Positions 34,831 to 49,200 of a stretch of DNA of 64,000 nucleotides are shown here, in pieces. The DNA is from Anaeramoeba ignava BMAN (Eukaryota; Protista; Anaeramoebae). The DNA is taken from the NCBI GenBank assembly GCA_028826165.1, contig JAPDFW010000059.1, positions 1,488,001-1,552,000 of the forward strand. The letters are read 5' to 3'. Both the position numbers and the translations under genes were made by a program. The stretch's first letter is position 1. The number at the start of each line of letters is the position of its first letter. The notes below the pieces were generated by a model. The model was not told the DNA's origin and ran no database searches. It saw only the letters and a program-made list of their open reading frames with translations.

Positions 34831-37479
34831 TCATTTCTTTTTTGAACTTTGAGATTTTTTGATTCTCAATTTAGTATTAAACAAATCAATAATTTGTTGT
34901 TTCAAAACTTTTGGCATTCCTTTTAGATCCATAATTTGACTTAATTCATCAAGTGAACGAGAAGGGAACAAAGCAAAATAAGTATTCAATAAATGTTCAG
35001 GAGGAGTAATAAGAACTTTAGTAACTAATTCTGCTTTTCCCATTTGTTTTTTAACATAATTTGCAAATGTTCTTGAAGGAATTGCAGGAGATCCATCAGA
35101 CAATTTTTGGAAAGTAGGTAATTGAAGTAATATTCCTTTGAGTGATTGAGTATCCAAAAGTAATTGTTGAGCTCCAGTTTCATTGAATTGTTTGCATTTG
35201 AAAATGGCTAAATTAAATCGAGAAATGAATGATTGAACCAATTTATCACAAAGAAATTTGAAGTATTTTGGAGATACTAAATATTCACCAATGATAGTGA
35301 AAATACTTCCGATTGTCTTCGCAAAATCAGAAACATATTCTGATTGATCTCCAACGTTTTCCATTGAATTCCATCCCAATTTGATCATTTGATTGAAATG
35401 AGGATCAATTTTTGTTTCAATTCCAAGAACAAGAATTTGTATTGAAGAATTTATTGTGTCAAGAAAATTCTCATTGATTTCAGAAAAAGAAACAGAGTTT
35501 CTGAGATTGATTCTAATTGAGCGCGAAATATTCTCACTAAGTTGATTTGTTGTTGTGATGCAATATTCGATTGAGTTGATGATCAAACATATTTTTTGAG
35601 TTGATTCATTTGAAATATTTACTTGTCCCTCGTTGGGCTTGTTTTTTTGTTTAATTGTAAAACTCTTGTTTGTAACCAAAGGAAGCTGGTTTCTGAGCCA
35701 TTCCGAATAATTAGTTAAATGTTTCTTATAAATCTTTGACAAATCAAGCAGAGGATCTCCATTTGAAAATTTGAGTGAGTTTCTCAAACTTTCTCGAATC
35801 ACAAGAAAAAGCTCTTGAGAGCTTGATAATGTTTTTGTTTTCGATGTTTTTGCAATTATTGTCCATTTCTCTTCTTTCATCGCTTGATTTATTAGTTTTG
35901 TTAGAAGTTGATCTTGAAGTTGCACATAAACATCCAAAAAAGGCTCAAAAACTTCAGAAATGATTCCTTTGAATTTCGGCAATGGTGGACAATAAATATA
36001 CCCAGATCTTCTTGATCTGTTTTTATTCGGTGATTTATTCACCTTTTTTATTTCCATTTCCTTTTCCTTTTCCATTTCCTTTTGTTTTTTGATTTTTTCT
36101 TCTTGCTCTCGTTGTTTTTTAAATTTGAGATATTTATCACGAATTTTTTGAGCTGAAGTTTGTATTCCTTGAGTATTCTCATTATCATCAAATTGGTTAT
36201 TGATGTTCTTTTTAAATATTTCATTTTCATTTTCATTTTCATTTTGATTTTGATTTTGATTTAAATTTTCAATTTCAATTTGATTTTCAGATCCAAAAAG
36301 ATTAATAAGATATTCCTCAAAAAATAAGGTTTGCATTAAGGCTTCAATTATTGAATCGACTGACAAATTTGATCTTTCTCGAGTGAGCATGATATTTACA
36401 TGTCTTTGGGTGATGCAGCATATTTCCTCGCTGAGAATTTGATCCACTTTCCAATATTCTGGGAATAAATCACCAAAATTCTTTGAAAAATTTCTCAGGA
36501 GTTTTTTGCTCCATGAATATCTTCTATCAATCGAGGCAACATTTCCATATTCTGTTTTTCCTGGAGAAAACAATTCTTGGTATGGATTCAATTGTATATC
36601 ACAAAAATTCTTGATAATTTCCTTTCTAAATTGAACACCAATTGAATCAACAACGAGACATGCTTCGTTGATGTTCATGGTGTTCTGTGCTCCATCAATC
36701 CCAATATTTTCAAAAAACTTGTTGAATTGAGCACTTATTTGTGCGCGAACTTCCTTCTTGATTTCTCCAAATTTTTGCTCCATTTCAAGTATTTTGGGAA
36801 TTTGTTTGCAATCCTTTAATTTCTCAAAAAGTTCTTCTGCATTTGATAAAAATTGTGATACTTTTTCGAATTCTTGATTCCCACATTTTTGCAAAATTTC
36901 ATCTGAAATTTGTTCTTTTTAAAATGGAAATTTAAATTAAATTAAATAAAATAAAATAAAATAAAATATAATTTTATGTTTTGATATTGGGTTTGATTTG
37001 ATTAGTTTTAAAATTATTTCCAAATCCAGAAGAATAAATATTAAAATTGGATCATTACTCAACTTGTTCAAGCTATTTAGCACATCAACTGTAATTTTCA
37101 AATTCTTTTTTGCAATATCCAGTGTTTTGATATCTTTGCAAATTTCTTGGATAACAAAACCACTTTGTTCTGATTTAGTTTTGATTTCAATTAATTTTTC
37201 AAATAATTCTTGAATCACTGTTTTTGTTTGGTCAATATAATTTTTGCTTTCAATTCCTGATTTGGTTTGATTGTGAATTGACTCTTGTATTTGATGATTT
37301 AATAGTTGGGATTTTCTTCTTAAATTTAAATTCACTGATTCAAGTTCATTAAGTGATTGTTCGTTTGGAAATAATTTATTTAAATATAAAACTGGATCAA
37401 AATTTTGTGAATCTAATTCTATTGATTCTAAATTAATTTTATCTTTAAATTTTTCTTCAATATTTAAATTATTTTTCAT
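34831..37479 (-). CDS. VPS53: GARP/EARP tethering complex subunit Vps53, 2 exons
   Basis: Exons 37479-37059 and 36914-34831. Motifs: FDPVLYLNKLFPNEQSL, ICKDIKTLDIAKKNL, IDRRYSW, VGDQSEYV, GAQQLLLD. Confidence 0.93.
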
Positions 37480-37722
37480 TTAAAAAAGAAAAAAAGAAAA
37501 AAAATGAAAAAATGAAAAAATGAAAAAATGAAAAAATGAAAAAATTTTTTTTATAAATTTTTTTTTTTTAATCACTCATTCATTTTTTAAAAAAAAAATT
37601 AATTAATAATTCCAAAAAAAAAAAGTGGAAAGAAAAGAAAAGAAAAGAAAAAAAAAGATTTGATTTTGTTTTGATTTTTAGAATTGAAAGAAAAGAAAAA
37701 AGATTAAAAAAAATTTTACTTT

Positions 37723-40700
37723 TTAAAAATTTGAAGAAATATCAGGAAGAATTTGACGAACAAAAAAATAAGGATTTTTAATAATTTGAGTTTCTTTTGT
37801 TTTTTGAGCTTTTGCTAAATAATCTGAAAATAATTTTGAATATTTTTCATGATTAAGTTGTTTAAGTTTATCTTGAATAAAAGAAGAAGCAAAATAAACG
37901 ATTTTTGGATCTTTTTTTGTTAATAGTGATTTAAAGAAATCAAATCCGCCAACAGATTCAAAACTAGAATTATTTAATTTGCATTTTTCTGCAATTAGAA
38001 CAAGGCATGCAGTTTTTGCATCTGAATATCTTTTTGAATTAAGATGATTGAAGCAATGAAGAAAGATTCTTTTTTTTTAAAATGAATTTTAATTTTAATT
38101 TTAATTTTAAATTTTAATTTTAATTTTAATTTTAATTTTGATTTTAATTATTTTAAATTTAATTTTAATTTTGATTTTAATTTTAATTTTAATTTTAAAA
38201 TTTTAATTTTAATTATAATTTTAATTTTAATTTTAATTTTTTTAATTTTAATTTTAATTTTAATTTTAATTTTAATTTTAATTTTAATTTTAATTTTAAT
38301 TTTAATTATAAAATGAATTTTAATTTGATTTTAATTTTAATTTTAATTTTAATTTTTAATTTTAATTTTAATTTTAATTTTAATTTTAATTTTAATTTTA
38401 ATTTTAATTTTAATTTTAATTTTAATTTTAATATTAATTTTAATTTTAATTTTAATTTTAATATTAATTTTAATTTTAATTTTAATTTTAATATTAATTT
38501 TATAAATGAATTTTAATTTTAAAAAAAATACCCAATATTCACAATATGCAATAAATCTGATGGAATAACAATTTGTCCTTCAAGAAATTGAGAATAAACA
38601 TTATCACAATAATTTTCTTCATTTGGTCCTTGAGTTTTTTTCTCAATATTAATTGATATAAAAGACATAACAATATCCAACATAAAAATCAAATTTCTTT
38701 CATTTTGTTCTGTGTTTTGAGTAACTTTTGTTAAATTATCATTCATAAATTTAATAATTGCTGTAATAACAGGTAAATTCCCACGTTGTTTAAGCTTTTA
38801 TTTTAAATATTTTTAATTTTAAATATTTTTAATTTTAAATATTTTTAATTTTAAATATTTTTAATTTTAAATAATTTAAATATTTTAAATATTTTTAAAT
38901 TTAAATATTTTAAATATTTTTAATTTTAAATATTTTTAATTTTAAATATTTTTAATTTTAAATATTTTTAATTTTAAATATTTTTAATTTTAAATATTTT
39001 TAATTTTAAATATTTTAAATTTTTTTGAATATAAATTTTACCATTCGAGACTTATGAAAAAGAACTAGTCTTTGAGTTATGGATAAAAATGCATATCTAT
39101 TATGTGGTTCATTTGAAAATGCTAACTTATTAAAAAATGAAACTGCTGCTTTTTTGTTTTCAATTTTGGATCTTCCTTTTGTTTTATATAATATCTTCAT
39201 TATTTCAAATAAAAATGACTGAAGGATATTATTTTTTTTTAATTTTAAAAAATAAGTTAAAAATTTTTTCTTTTCAATTTTAATTTTTTTATATTTAAAT
39301 TACTTCTCCATTTTTTTGATCATTTAGATCTTCTGATTCAAGTAAACTTTTAATAATATCAAGTGTTTGATGAGAAATTTCACTAGTTTTGATTGTATTA
39401 TTTAATTCTTTTTGAAATTCATGTTCCAACTAAAAAAGAATAAAAGAATTTCATTTTAATTTTAATTTTAATTTAAATTTTAATTTTAATTTTAATTTAT
39501 AAATAATTTTAATTTTGATTTTAATTTTAAATTTTAATTTTGATTATAATATTAATTTTAATTTTAATTTTAATTTTAATTTTAATTTTAATTTTAATTT
39601 TAATTTTAATTATAATTTCTAAATGAATTTTAATTTTAATTTTAAATTTTAATTTTAATTTTAATTTTAATTTTAATAAATGAATTTTAATTTTAATTTT
39701 AATTTTAATTTTAATTTTAATTTTAATTTTAATTTTAATTTTAATTTTAATTTTAATTTTAATTTTAATTTTAATTTTAATTTTAATTTTAATTTTAATT
39801 TTAATTTTAATTTTAATTTTAATTTTAATTTTAATTTTAATTTTAATTTTAATTTTAATTTTTAATTTTTATATTTTAATTTTAATTTTAATTTTAATTT
39901 TAATTTTAATTTTAATTTTAATTTTAATTTTAATTTTTAAATTTTAATTTTAATTTTAATTTTAATTATAATTTTAATTTTGATTTATAAATGAATTTTA
40001 ATTTTAATTTTAATTTTAATTTTAATTTTAATTTTGATTTTAATTTTAAATGAATTTTAAATTATAAATGAATTTTAATCAAAAACCTTCCAATATTGAC
40101 TAATAATCTCTCCAAATTCAGAAAGTATTTCAAAAAAGAAACTTCTTGAAAGTTTCTGAGTAATAGCCTCCAAATCTTGAACTTGTTGAAGTTGTTGTTC
40201 AAAAACAAAAGAAGTAAAAATATCCCAATAATGATCAGGAAGAAATTTAAACAATTGAGGAAATAATTGAGGAGCACCCAACCGTTTCAAAAGTTCGAAT
40301 ATCAATTCAATTTGCTCATATTCTTCAGTTGAAAGTTTGATTTTTTTCTTTGAAATTTTAGCAACAACAATATCATAGAGAATAACAAATAAATTATCTC
40401 TAGCTTCTTCGGAACTGGTTGACATATAAAGTTCCGCAATAAAATTAGAACCGCCATAATGCTGAAGACATCTGAAGTCCAGCTGGTTGTTATTTGAGTA
40501 CAAACGGTTCACTAAAATGCGCACAAGTTGTCTAAACACAATATTATCTCGACTTAAACAACTTGTTATTAATCCGCGAATTATTTTTGGATGCAAAGAA
40601 ATCACTTTGTTCTTATCTGCATATCCTTTCCCAAAAATAAAAAAAAGCAAGCAATTCAATCCTGCTTTCCATACTTTTTGATCCTTTTCATTCTTGATAA

Positions 40701-43322
40701 CAAGAATATAAAGCATTTCCTTTAATTTTTCAAATAAATTATCTTGAACATTTAAAACTTGATTCAAATTTTTTTCTTGATTTTCAAATTTTTCTGAATT
40801 CGCGTTTTTAGAAGGAATAAAAGCTGCATCAGTCATCAGATTGGCATGAATGCAAGTATTAAAGAGAAGACTAAAAGCGTAAGAGCGGTCTTCAGGCTTT
40901 TCTGAGTTGAGAAGCTCAAGGAAAGATGCCAAAGAACGGGTAATTGAAGCTTGATCTTTTTTGACGTAAAAATCAAGTACGATTTTGATCCAAATTTTGG
41001 AAGCCATATCTCTTGTTTGGAGATCCTCAGATGATTGTATGATGCAGTCAAACACCTGCTGTGCTTCTTCCTTGGTTAAATCGATTGGTTCTTGTTCGGA
41101 ATAATTTTTGTATTGAAATAATTGAATTTGCTTTTTTCGTTTTGCATGTGCTCCTTTTTCTTCAAGTTTTTTTTCCTCTTCTTTCTTTTGGATCTTCATG
41201 ATTTCACTCATTTTTTCTTGGAATGTGTGGATTGGTTGTGATTGGATTGCTTTTGATGTGTCAATTCCAATGATAATTTCTTTATTTCCTGCTCCATTTG
41301 CTTTTTTAACATTGAATTGACCTCCAAAATTGTTTTCATAAAGTAACGATCCAAGATAAATAGAATTGGGTAATAAATTGGGATTTGCTTTCAAATAGAG
41401 ATAATTGTTTGCAAAAAGGTTTGGATTTAATTGGTTTTCAAAAGTTTGTAATTGATTTTGGTTTGAATTTTGATTTTGATTTTGATTTTGATTTAAATTT
41501 GAATTTTGAATTTGGATTTGATTTTGATTTTGATTTGAATTGGATTTTGATTTTGATTTTGATTTTGATTTTGATTTTTCTTTGTGATTTGTGTTTTCTT
41601 TTTCTTTTTCTTTTTCTTTTCTTGTTTTTGTTCTTGTTTTTGTTCTTGTTTTTGAATGTCTTTTTTCTTATCTTTCTTTTTTATTACAACTTCTGTATTA
41701 GCTTTTGCAAGTGGTTCTGGTTGGTTCACTGATGGGGATTTAGATTTGGGATTAGCCACAACTTCTGTTGTTGATTTGTTTAATTTTTTTGGTTTGGCAT
41801 TTGATTTTTTTTGAGATTCACTTAATAATCGAGCTATTAATGTTCTAATGTATTTTAAAGACTTAATTTTTAAAAGAAGAAAAAGATTAATTTTAATTTT
41901 AATTTTAATTACAATTTTATTTATAAAATGAATTTTAATTTTAATTTTAATTTTAATTTTAATTTTAATTTTAATTTTATAAATGAATTTTAATTTTAAT
42001 TTTGATTATAATTTTATAAATGAATTATAATTTTAATTATAATTTTAATTTTAATTTTAATTATAATTTTAATTTTAATTTTAATTTATAAATGAATTTT
42101 TAATTTTAAAATGAATTTTAATTTTAATTTTAATTTTAATTTTAATTTTAATTTTAATTTTAATTTTGATTTAATTTTAATTTTAATTATAATTTTAATT
42201 ACAATTTTAATTTTAATATGAATTTTATAAATGAATTTTTAATTTTAATTTTTAATTTTAATTTTAATTTTAATTTTAATTTTAAAATGAATTTTAATTT
42301 TAATTTTAATTTTAATTTTAATTTTAATTTTAATTTTAATTTTAATTTTAAAATGAATTATAATTTTAATTTTAATTATAATTTTAATTTTAATTTTAAA
42401 TTTAATTTTAATTTTAATTTTAATTTTAATTTTGATTTTAATTTTAATTTTAATTTTAATTTTAATTATAATTTTAAATTTTAGTTTTAATTTTAATTTG
42501 AATTATAATTTTAATTATAATTATAATTTTAATATTAATTTTAATTTTAATTTTAATTTTAATTTTAATTTTAATTTTAATTTTAATTTTAATTTTAATT
42601 TTAATTTTAATTATAATTTTAATTTTAATTTTAATTTTAATTTTAATTTGAATTTTAATTTTAATTTTAATTTTAATTTTAAAATGAATTGAATTTTAAA
42701 ATGAATTTTACTTTAGCTAAACTTGCACTTTTCTTTGAATCAATCTTTTTGCAAAAATCATCTAATTTCAGTAACATTTCCTTATTTGGTCTATATTTAG
42801 TTAAATTCATTTTAATTAATTGAACAGATCTTAAAATAATTGTTGGGTTTTGTGTTTTATCATTTTTGACTCTTTCAATAATTTGTTCATAAACTAAATT
42901 TGTTAGAAAGATTTTTTATATTTTTTAAATAAAAAGAAAATAAATAAAAAATTTCAATTTATAATTAAAAAGAAAATAATTAAAAAAATCGAATTTAAAT
43001 TGAATTAAAAATGATTGTAAAATAAAAAGGAAAAAAAATAAAGAAAAAATTTAGGTAAATTATTAGGAACAATAAAAGGGAATATATTTAAATAATTTTT
43101 AGTGGTTATTTTGTCATTTAAAAAAAAAAAATCAATTAAATAAATAAAAATCAATTTTTGTTTTTTATTTAAATAACAAAATTATTTACCAATATTAACT
43201 GATTTAGGATCTGATAAATGTTTTTTTAAACCAATCATTGAATCTGTTGTTGGTGAACCGTCTGGAAGTGTATTTTCTTGTACTAATTTTTGAATAATTT
43301 GAAGATAAACCGGAGTTGTCAT
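37723..43322 (-). CDS. Conserved uncharacterised helical-repeat protein resembling the Dictyostelium Clog1 / Arabidopsis AT3G12590 family, 7 exons
   Basis: Exons 43322-43190, 42893-42712, 41861-40087, 39429-39304, 39218-39042, 38794-38532 and 38068-37723 all splice in frame, with one apparent indel in an NQ repeat near 41535. The family call is from recalled motifs: AFSLLFNTCIHANL, VWKAGLNCLLFF, GGSNFIAELY..EARDNLFVILYD, FESVGGFDFFKSLL, KAQ..IIKNPY. Confidence 0.65.
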
Positions 43323-43399
43323 TCCTTCCTTTTTTAATTTTTCTTTTTGTTTTTGAAAATAAAATGAAAAAAATGAAAAATGAAAAATGAAAAATGAAA

Positions 43400-44100
43400 A
43401 ATGAATTTAATTTATATTTTTATTTATAATTTAATTTATAATTTTATTTATAATTTAATTTATAATTTAATTTATAATTTTATTTATAATTTTATTTATA
43501 ATTTTATTTATAATTTTATTTATAATTTTATTTATAATTTTATTTATAATTTAATTTATATTTTTATTTATTATTTTATTTATAATTTTATTTATAATTT
43601 TATTTATAATTTTATTTATAATTTAATTTATAATTAATTTATAATTTAATTTATATTTTTATTTATAATTTAATTTATAATTTTATATTTTAATTTTATT
43701 TATATTTTTATTTATAATTTTATTTATAATTTAATTTATAATTTAATTTATATTTTATTTATAATTTTATTTATAATTTAATTTATAATTTAATTTATAA
43801 TTTTATTTATAATTTTATTTATAATTTTATTTATAATTTATTTATAATTTTAATTTATAATTTTATTTATAATTTTATTTATAATTTAATTTATAATTTA
43901 ATTTATAATTTTATTTATAATTTTATTTATAATTTTATTTATAATTTAATTTATAATTTAATTTATAATTTTATTTATAATTTTATTTATAATTTTATTT
44001 ATAATTTTATTTATAATTTTATTTATAATTTTATTTATAATTTTATTTATAATTTTATTTATAATTTAATTTATATTTTTATTTATAATTTTGTTTATAA
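43400..44100. repeat. Intergenic 12-mer minisatellite (ATTTATAATTT(T/A))n
   Basis: Pure A/T tandem array. It is the source of the spurious (YNFI)n ORF. Confidence 0.95.
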
Positions 44101-44278
44101 TTTAATTTGAAATGAGAATTTTGAAATGAGAATTTATTAATCGAGTAAAAGAATTGAAGATTTGAAAGTAAATTTAACTGATCTGGAAAAGAAAAGAAAA
44201 AAGAAAAGAAAAGAAAAGAAAAGAAAAGAAAAGAAAAGAAAAGAAAGGAAAAGAAAAAGAAAAGAAAAGAAAAAGAAA

Positions 44279-45036
44279 TCATTTCAAATCAGCCCATTCT
44301 GTATTATCAGATTCTTTAGCTTTTTTCTCAAACCAATCATCCAATTTATTAATAGCTTCTAATTGACCCAAAGTAGCTCTATTAGCAAGACCTTTAGGAA
44401 GAGAACCTTTTGGATCAGCATGAGAAATAAAGATCACCTCTGAAGCTTTTCCGTTATCAACAGGTTTAATAACCCAATCAGATTTAAAGAGGAAACCACG
44501 AACAACTTTTTTAACAATTGGACATTCTTCAACTTCAACATTTCGACAAGATGAATAAATAGTTCCATCCTCAAGAACAGTATATCCACGAACAACAACA
44601 AAATCTCTATCAGAAGTAATAAAAGAGGTCTTGAATCTCACGTAGCCAATAGCCATATGTGGGCTTGGAAAAGCAGCAATTGTGCCTTGAGTGAATTCAC
44701 TTCCTTTATCCCATTGTAAACGTTTTTCAACATCAACTAATATCATTAATACTTCTTTTGGTGTTGCTCGAATTTTTCCTGTTCCTTTTACTACTTTTAA
44801 TCCCTCCCTTCCATCTTTTGATATCTTGTTACTCCGTTTTTCTCATCTACTTTTTCATATCCTTTTGATTCTTCTCCTTCAATTTCTTTTATTATTTCTG
44901 TAAATCCTTCTGATACTAATTTCTCAAATTTTGTTGTTAATTCTGCTTCTTTTTCTCCATAGATTTTTGCTTTTGGATATGTTTTACTATGTTCTTCAAT
45001 AAGATTATATGGGCAATTAAATTTAATCTCAGTCAT
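44279..45036 (-). CDS. START (StAR-related lipid transfer) domain protein, paralogue A; apparent +2 frameshift near 44805
   Basis: ORFs 45036-44797 and 44746-44279 join. START motifs: RLQWDK, SDRDFV, VRGFLFKSDWVIKP, DPKGSLPK. Collinear with paralogue B. Confidence 0.82.
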
Positions 45037-45347
45037 TTTCTTTAAATTTTAAAAGAAAAAAAATGAAAAAAAAAAAAAAAAAATTCTAAAAAAAAAAAGC
45101 AAAAAAATTTTTTAAATAAAAAAAGAGAAAAGAAAATTCTCAAAAAAAAATAATTAATTGAATTGAATTGAATTGAATTGAATTGAATTTTTATCTCCTT
45201 TCTTTAAAAAAAAAAAAAAGAAAAAGAAAAGAAATCAAAAAGATCGAAATTAAAGAAAAAAATTGGATCAAATTGGATCGAAATCAAAATCAAAGAAAAG
45301 TAGAAAGAAAAAGAAGAAATAAAAAGAAAAAGTAAAAGTAAAAGAAA

Positions 45348-46104
45348 TTACTTGAAATCATCCCATTCTGTATTATCAGATTCTTTAGCTTTTTTCTCAA
45401 ACCAATCATCCAATTTACTAATAGATTCTAATTGACCCAAAGTAGCTCTATTAGCAAGACCTTTAGGAAGAGAACCTTTTGGATCAGTATGAGAAATAAA
45501 GATAACATCTGAAGCTTTTCCGTTATCAACAGGTTTAATAATCCAATCAGATTTAATAACAACACCACGAACAACTTTTTTAACAACTGGACATTCTTCA
45601 ACTTCAATACTTCGACAAGGTGAATAAATAGTTCCATCCTCAAGAACAGTATATCCACGAACAGTAACAAAATCTCTATCAGAAGTAACAATAGAGGTCT
45701 TGAATCTTGTATAGCCAATAGCCATATGTGGACTGGCAAATCCAATAAGTTGGCCTTGAGTAATTTCACCACCTTTATCCCATTCTAATCTTTTTCCAAC
45801 ATCAAGAATAATCATTAATACTTCTTTTGGTGTTGCTCGAATTTTTCCCTGTTCCTTTTACTACTTTTAATCCCCCTTCCATCTTTTGATATCTTGTTAC
45901 TCCGTTTTTCTCATCTACTTTTTCATATCCTTTTGATTCTTCTCCTTCAATTTCTTTTATCATTTCTGTAAATCCTTCTGATACTAATTTCTCAAATTTT
46001 GTTGTTAATTCTGCTTCTTTTTCTCCATAGATTTTTGCTTTTGGGTATGCTTTACTATGTTCTTCAATAAGATTATATGGACAATTAAATTTAATCTCAG
46101 TCAT
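45348..46104 (-). CDS. START domain protein, paralogue B; apparent +1 frameshift near 45848
   Basis: ATG 46104 (MTEIKFNCPY) to TAA 45348. A tandem duplicate of paralogue A with the same motifs. Confidence 0.82.
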
Positions 46105-46277
46105 TTTCCGCTTTTGTTTTAAAAAAAAAATGAAAAAAAAAAGCAAAAATCTTTCAAAAAGCAAAAAAAAAAAGAAGTTATTTTGTATTATGTATGTTTT
46201 TAGTAAAATTTATGTTTTATAATTTTATTTCTTATTTCTTTTTATTTATTTTTATTAATTTTTAAATTTTAAATTTT

Positions 46278-49200
46278 TTATCGAAAAATAGAAAGAAGAT
46301 TAATTGATTTATCTGATAAATTAATCTGTCCAATATGACCATTATTATATTTTTTAATCGCAAACAAAAACAGAACTAAACTTGCAAATAAATTTTTTGA
46401 TCCCTAAAATTAAAATTAAAATTAAATTTAAAATTAAAATTAAAATAAATTCGAAATTAAAATTAAATTTAAAATTAAAATTAAAATTAAAATTAAAATA
46501 AATTCGAAATTAAATTCGAAATTAAAATTTACAGGAAAAGAATTCCATATTTTTCCTTTTACAACAACATCAAAATGTGGAGGATTCTTTTTGGATTGAT
46601 ATAAAACAACTCCACTTTTGAGTTTTTGGTTATTAATTAAATTTTCATCAGTAACAAAATGATTTGTTGAGAATAAATCCTTTTCATTAAATGCTGGAAC
46701 AAGAAAATCAAGATAAGTAAAGAAAACATGAGCGATTATTTGAGAATCAGTAGGGAATTTATCGTTTGAAAATGGTATTCCATTCCAATTTGATCCACTA
46801 TTCCATTTATATTCAGAAATATATCGATTTTGAGCTAGATTTTGGATCCTTTGAATAATATATTCATGACAATTAAATCCTCTGACATGAAGATATTTTT
46901 CAATTTGGATTCTTTTTTGGATCAGTGGATTGTTTTGATTTAAATTTGTCATGTTTGAGATGAGCATATATGGATCATGTGTTGATTTTAATTCCTCAAT
47001 ATTTTCTTTTGTAAATTCATTATCTAAATTTTTCATATTTGTTGTAATTTGTTGAACCAAATTGATTCCAATCCACTAATTTAAATAATTAAGCAAAAAC
47101 AAAAACAAAAACAGAAATTAATATTTAATTTTAAATTTTAAATGATTTTTGATTTTGAAATCCAAACTTCGCGTAATTTTTGAATCCAATTTTCAAAAGA
47201 TCTTTCATTGATTTCATTTTCAACTAAAACTTGTGAAGCAGATTGAATTCCAGTACTTTTTTTTTCTTCATGTTTCACTGGTAAAGGTGATGGTTTATAT
47301 TTTTCAAGTTTCAATCCAGTATTTTGTTGAGCTGTTAATGCATTTTGCAAATCTCCTTGAACCTTATTTTGTTTATCAGTAAATTTGAGTTGATTTTGAA
47401 TTCTGTTTTGATTAGCATTTGAATTTTGAAAAGTTTTTGTATTATATGGAGTAAAATAAGGAGATTTTGGTTTTTGATTAATTCTTGTTCTATTTTTAAA
47501 TTTGGATTTGGGTTTAAATATTTAAAATGAATAATTAATTAATGAAATAATGAAATAATTACGGAGAAGAGCAAAAAAAATGAGAAAATTGATCCATTTT
47601 TAAACTTTTTCCTGCTTGTTCATTAATCTTATTATAATCATCTTTTTCTTCTTGTATTTCATCTTGATTTAAACTTGATTGAGAAATTCCAAGTAATTCA
47701 ATTTGTTTTGTTGATAATTTAGAAACATTTAATGGAAAAGATCTTAATCTCAAACATCCAATAATCCAAATAATAATAACAATGAAAGTAAATATTATAA
47801 CTAGAAAAAAAAAGAGGTATAATATTTGTTTTTCATTTCCAAATAAATTTCAAAACATTTTTTTTTCTAAACTTGAAATAAAATAGTTTAATTTCATACC
47901 AGATATTAAAAATTGTTGTGAATAAAAATATTTTCTTAGATGAAAATCAGTTCTAATCCAAATCAAATTAAATCAAATCCAAATTAAATTCCAAATCAAA
48001 TCAAATTAAATCAAATCCAAATCAAATTAAATTAAATTAAATCAAATTAAATTAAATTAAATCCAAATTAAATTAAATCAAATCAAATCAAATCAAATCA
48101 AATTAAATTAAATCAAATACAAATAAAATCAAATCAAATCAAATTAAATCCAAATTAAATTAAATTAAATCAAATCAAATCAAATTAAATTAAATCAAAT
48201 CAAATTAAATTAAATCAAATTAAATTAAATTAAATTAAATTAAATCAAATCCAATTAAATTAAATTAAATCAAATCAAATTAAATAAAATCAAATCCAAT
48301 TAAATTAAATTAAATCAAATCAAAAATTAAATTAAATTAAATTAAATTAAATTAAATTAAATTAAATTAAATTAAATTAAATTAAATTAAATTAAATTAA
48401 ATTAAATTAAATTAAATTAAATTAAATTAAATTAAATTAAATTCCAAATCAAATCAAATCAAATCCAAATTAAATCAAATTCCAAATCAAATCAAATCAA
48501 ATCAAATTAAATCAAATTAAATTAAATTCCAAATCAAATCAAATTCAATTAAATCAAATCAAATCAAATTAAATAAAATCCAAATTAAATCAAATCAAAT
48601 TAAATCCAAATTAAATCAAATCAAATTAAATCAAATCAAATCAAATTCAATTAAATCAAATCAAATTAAATCAAATCAAATCAAATTAAATCCAAATCAA
48701 ATCAAAATTAAATTAAATCAAATCAAATCAAATCAAATTAAATCAAATTAAATTAAATCAAATCAAATTAAATCCAAATCAAATCAAATTAAATTAAATT
48801 CCAAATCAAATCAAATCAAATTAAATCAAATCCAAATCAAATCCAAATAAAATTAAATCAAATCCAAATTAAATCAAATTAAATCAAATTAAATCCAAAT
48901 TAAATCAAATTAAATTCCAAATCAAATCAAATCAAAATCAAATCCAAATCAAATCAAATCCAATTAAATCAAATTAAATCAAATCCAAATCAAATCAAAT
49001 CAAATTAAATCAAATCAAATTAAATCAAATCAAATCAAATCAAATCCAAATCCAAATTAAATCAAATCCAAATAAAAATACAAATAAAAATACAAATAAA
49101 AATAAAATAAAGTTAGTAAAAAAAAAAAGGTTTTTTTTTTGTTCTTCTTTAATTTTTAATTTGAAAATACTTTATCGTTGAAAAGAGAAATAAAGTGAAA

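Noticed and set aside
23960-41540. Frameshifts at ~23975, ~24610, ~30555, ~34445 and ~41535 as biological recoding
   Set aside because: All are apparent small indels in A-runs inside low-complexity repeats, typical of long-read consensus error.
44795-45855. START paralogues as pseudogenes or programmed frameshift genes
   Set aside because: Each copy is broken at a different place by what look like extra G bases in GGA codons, within the part nearly identical between copies, where short-read polishing fails. The rest of both ORFs is intact, so assembly error is most likely.
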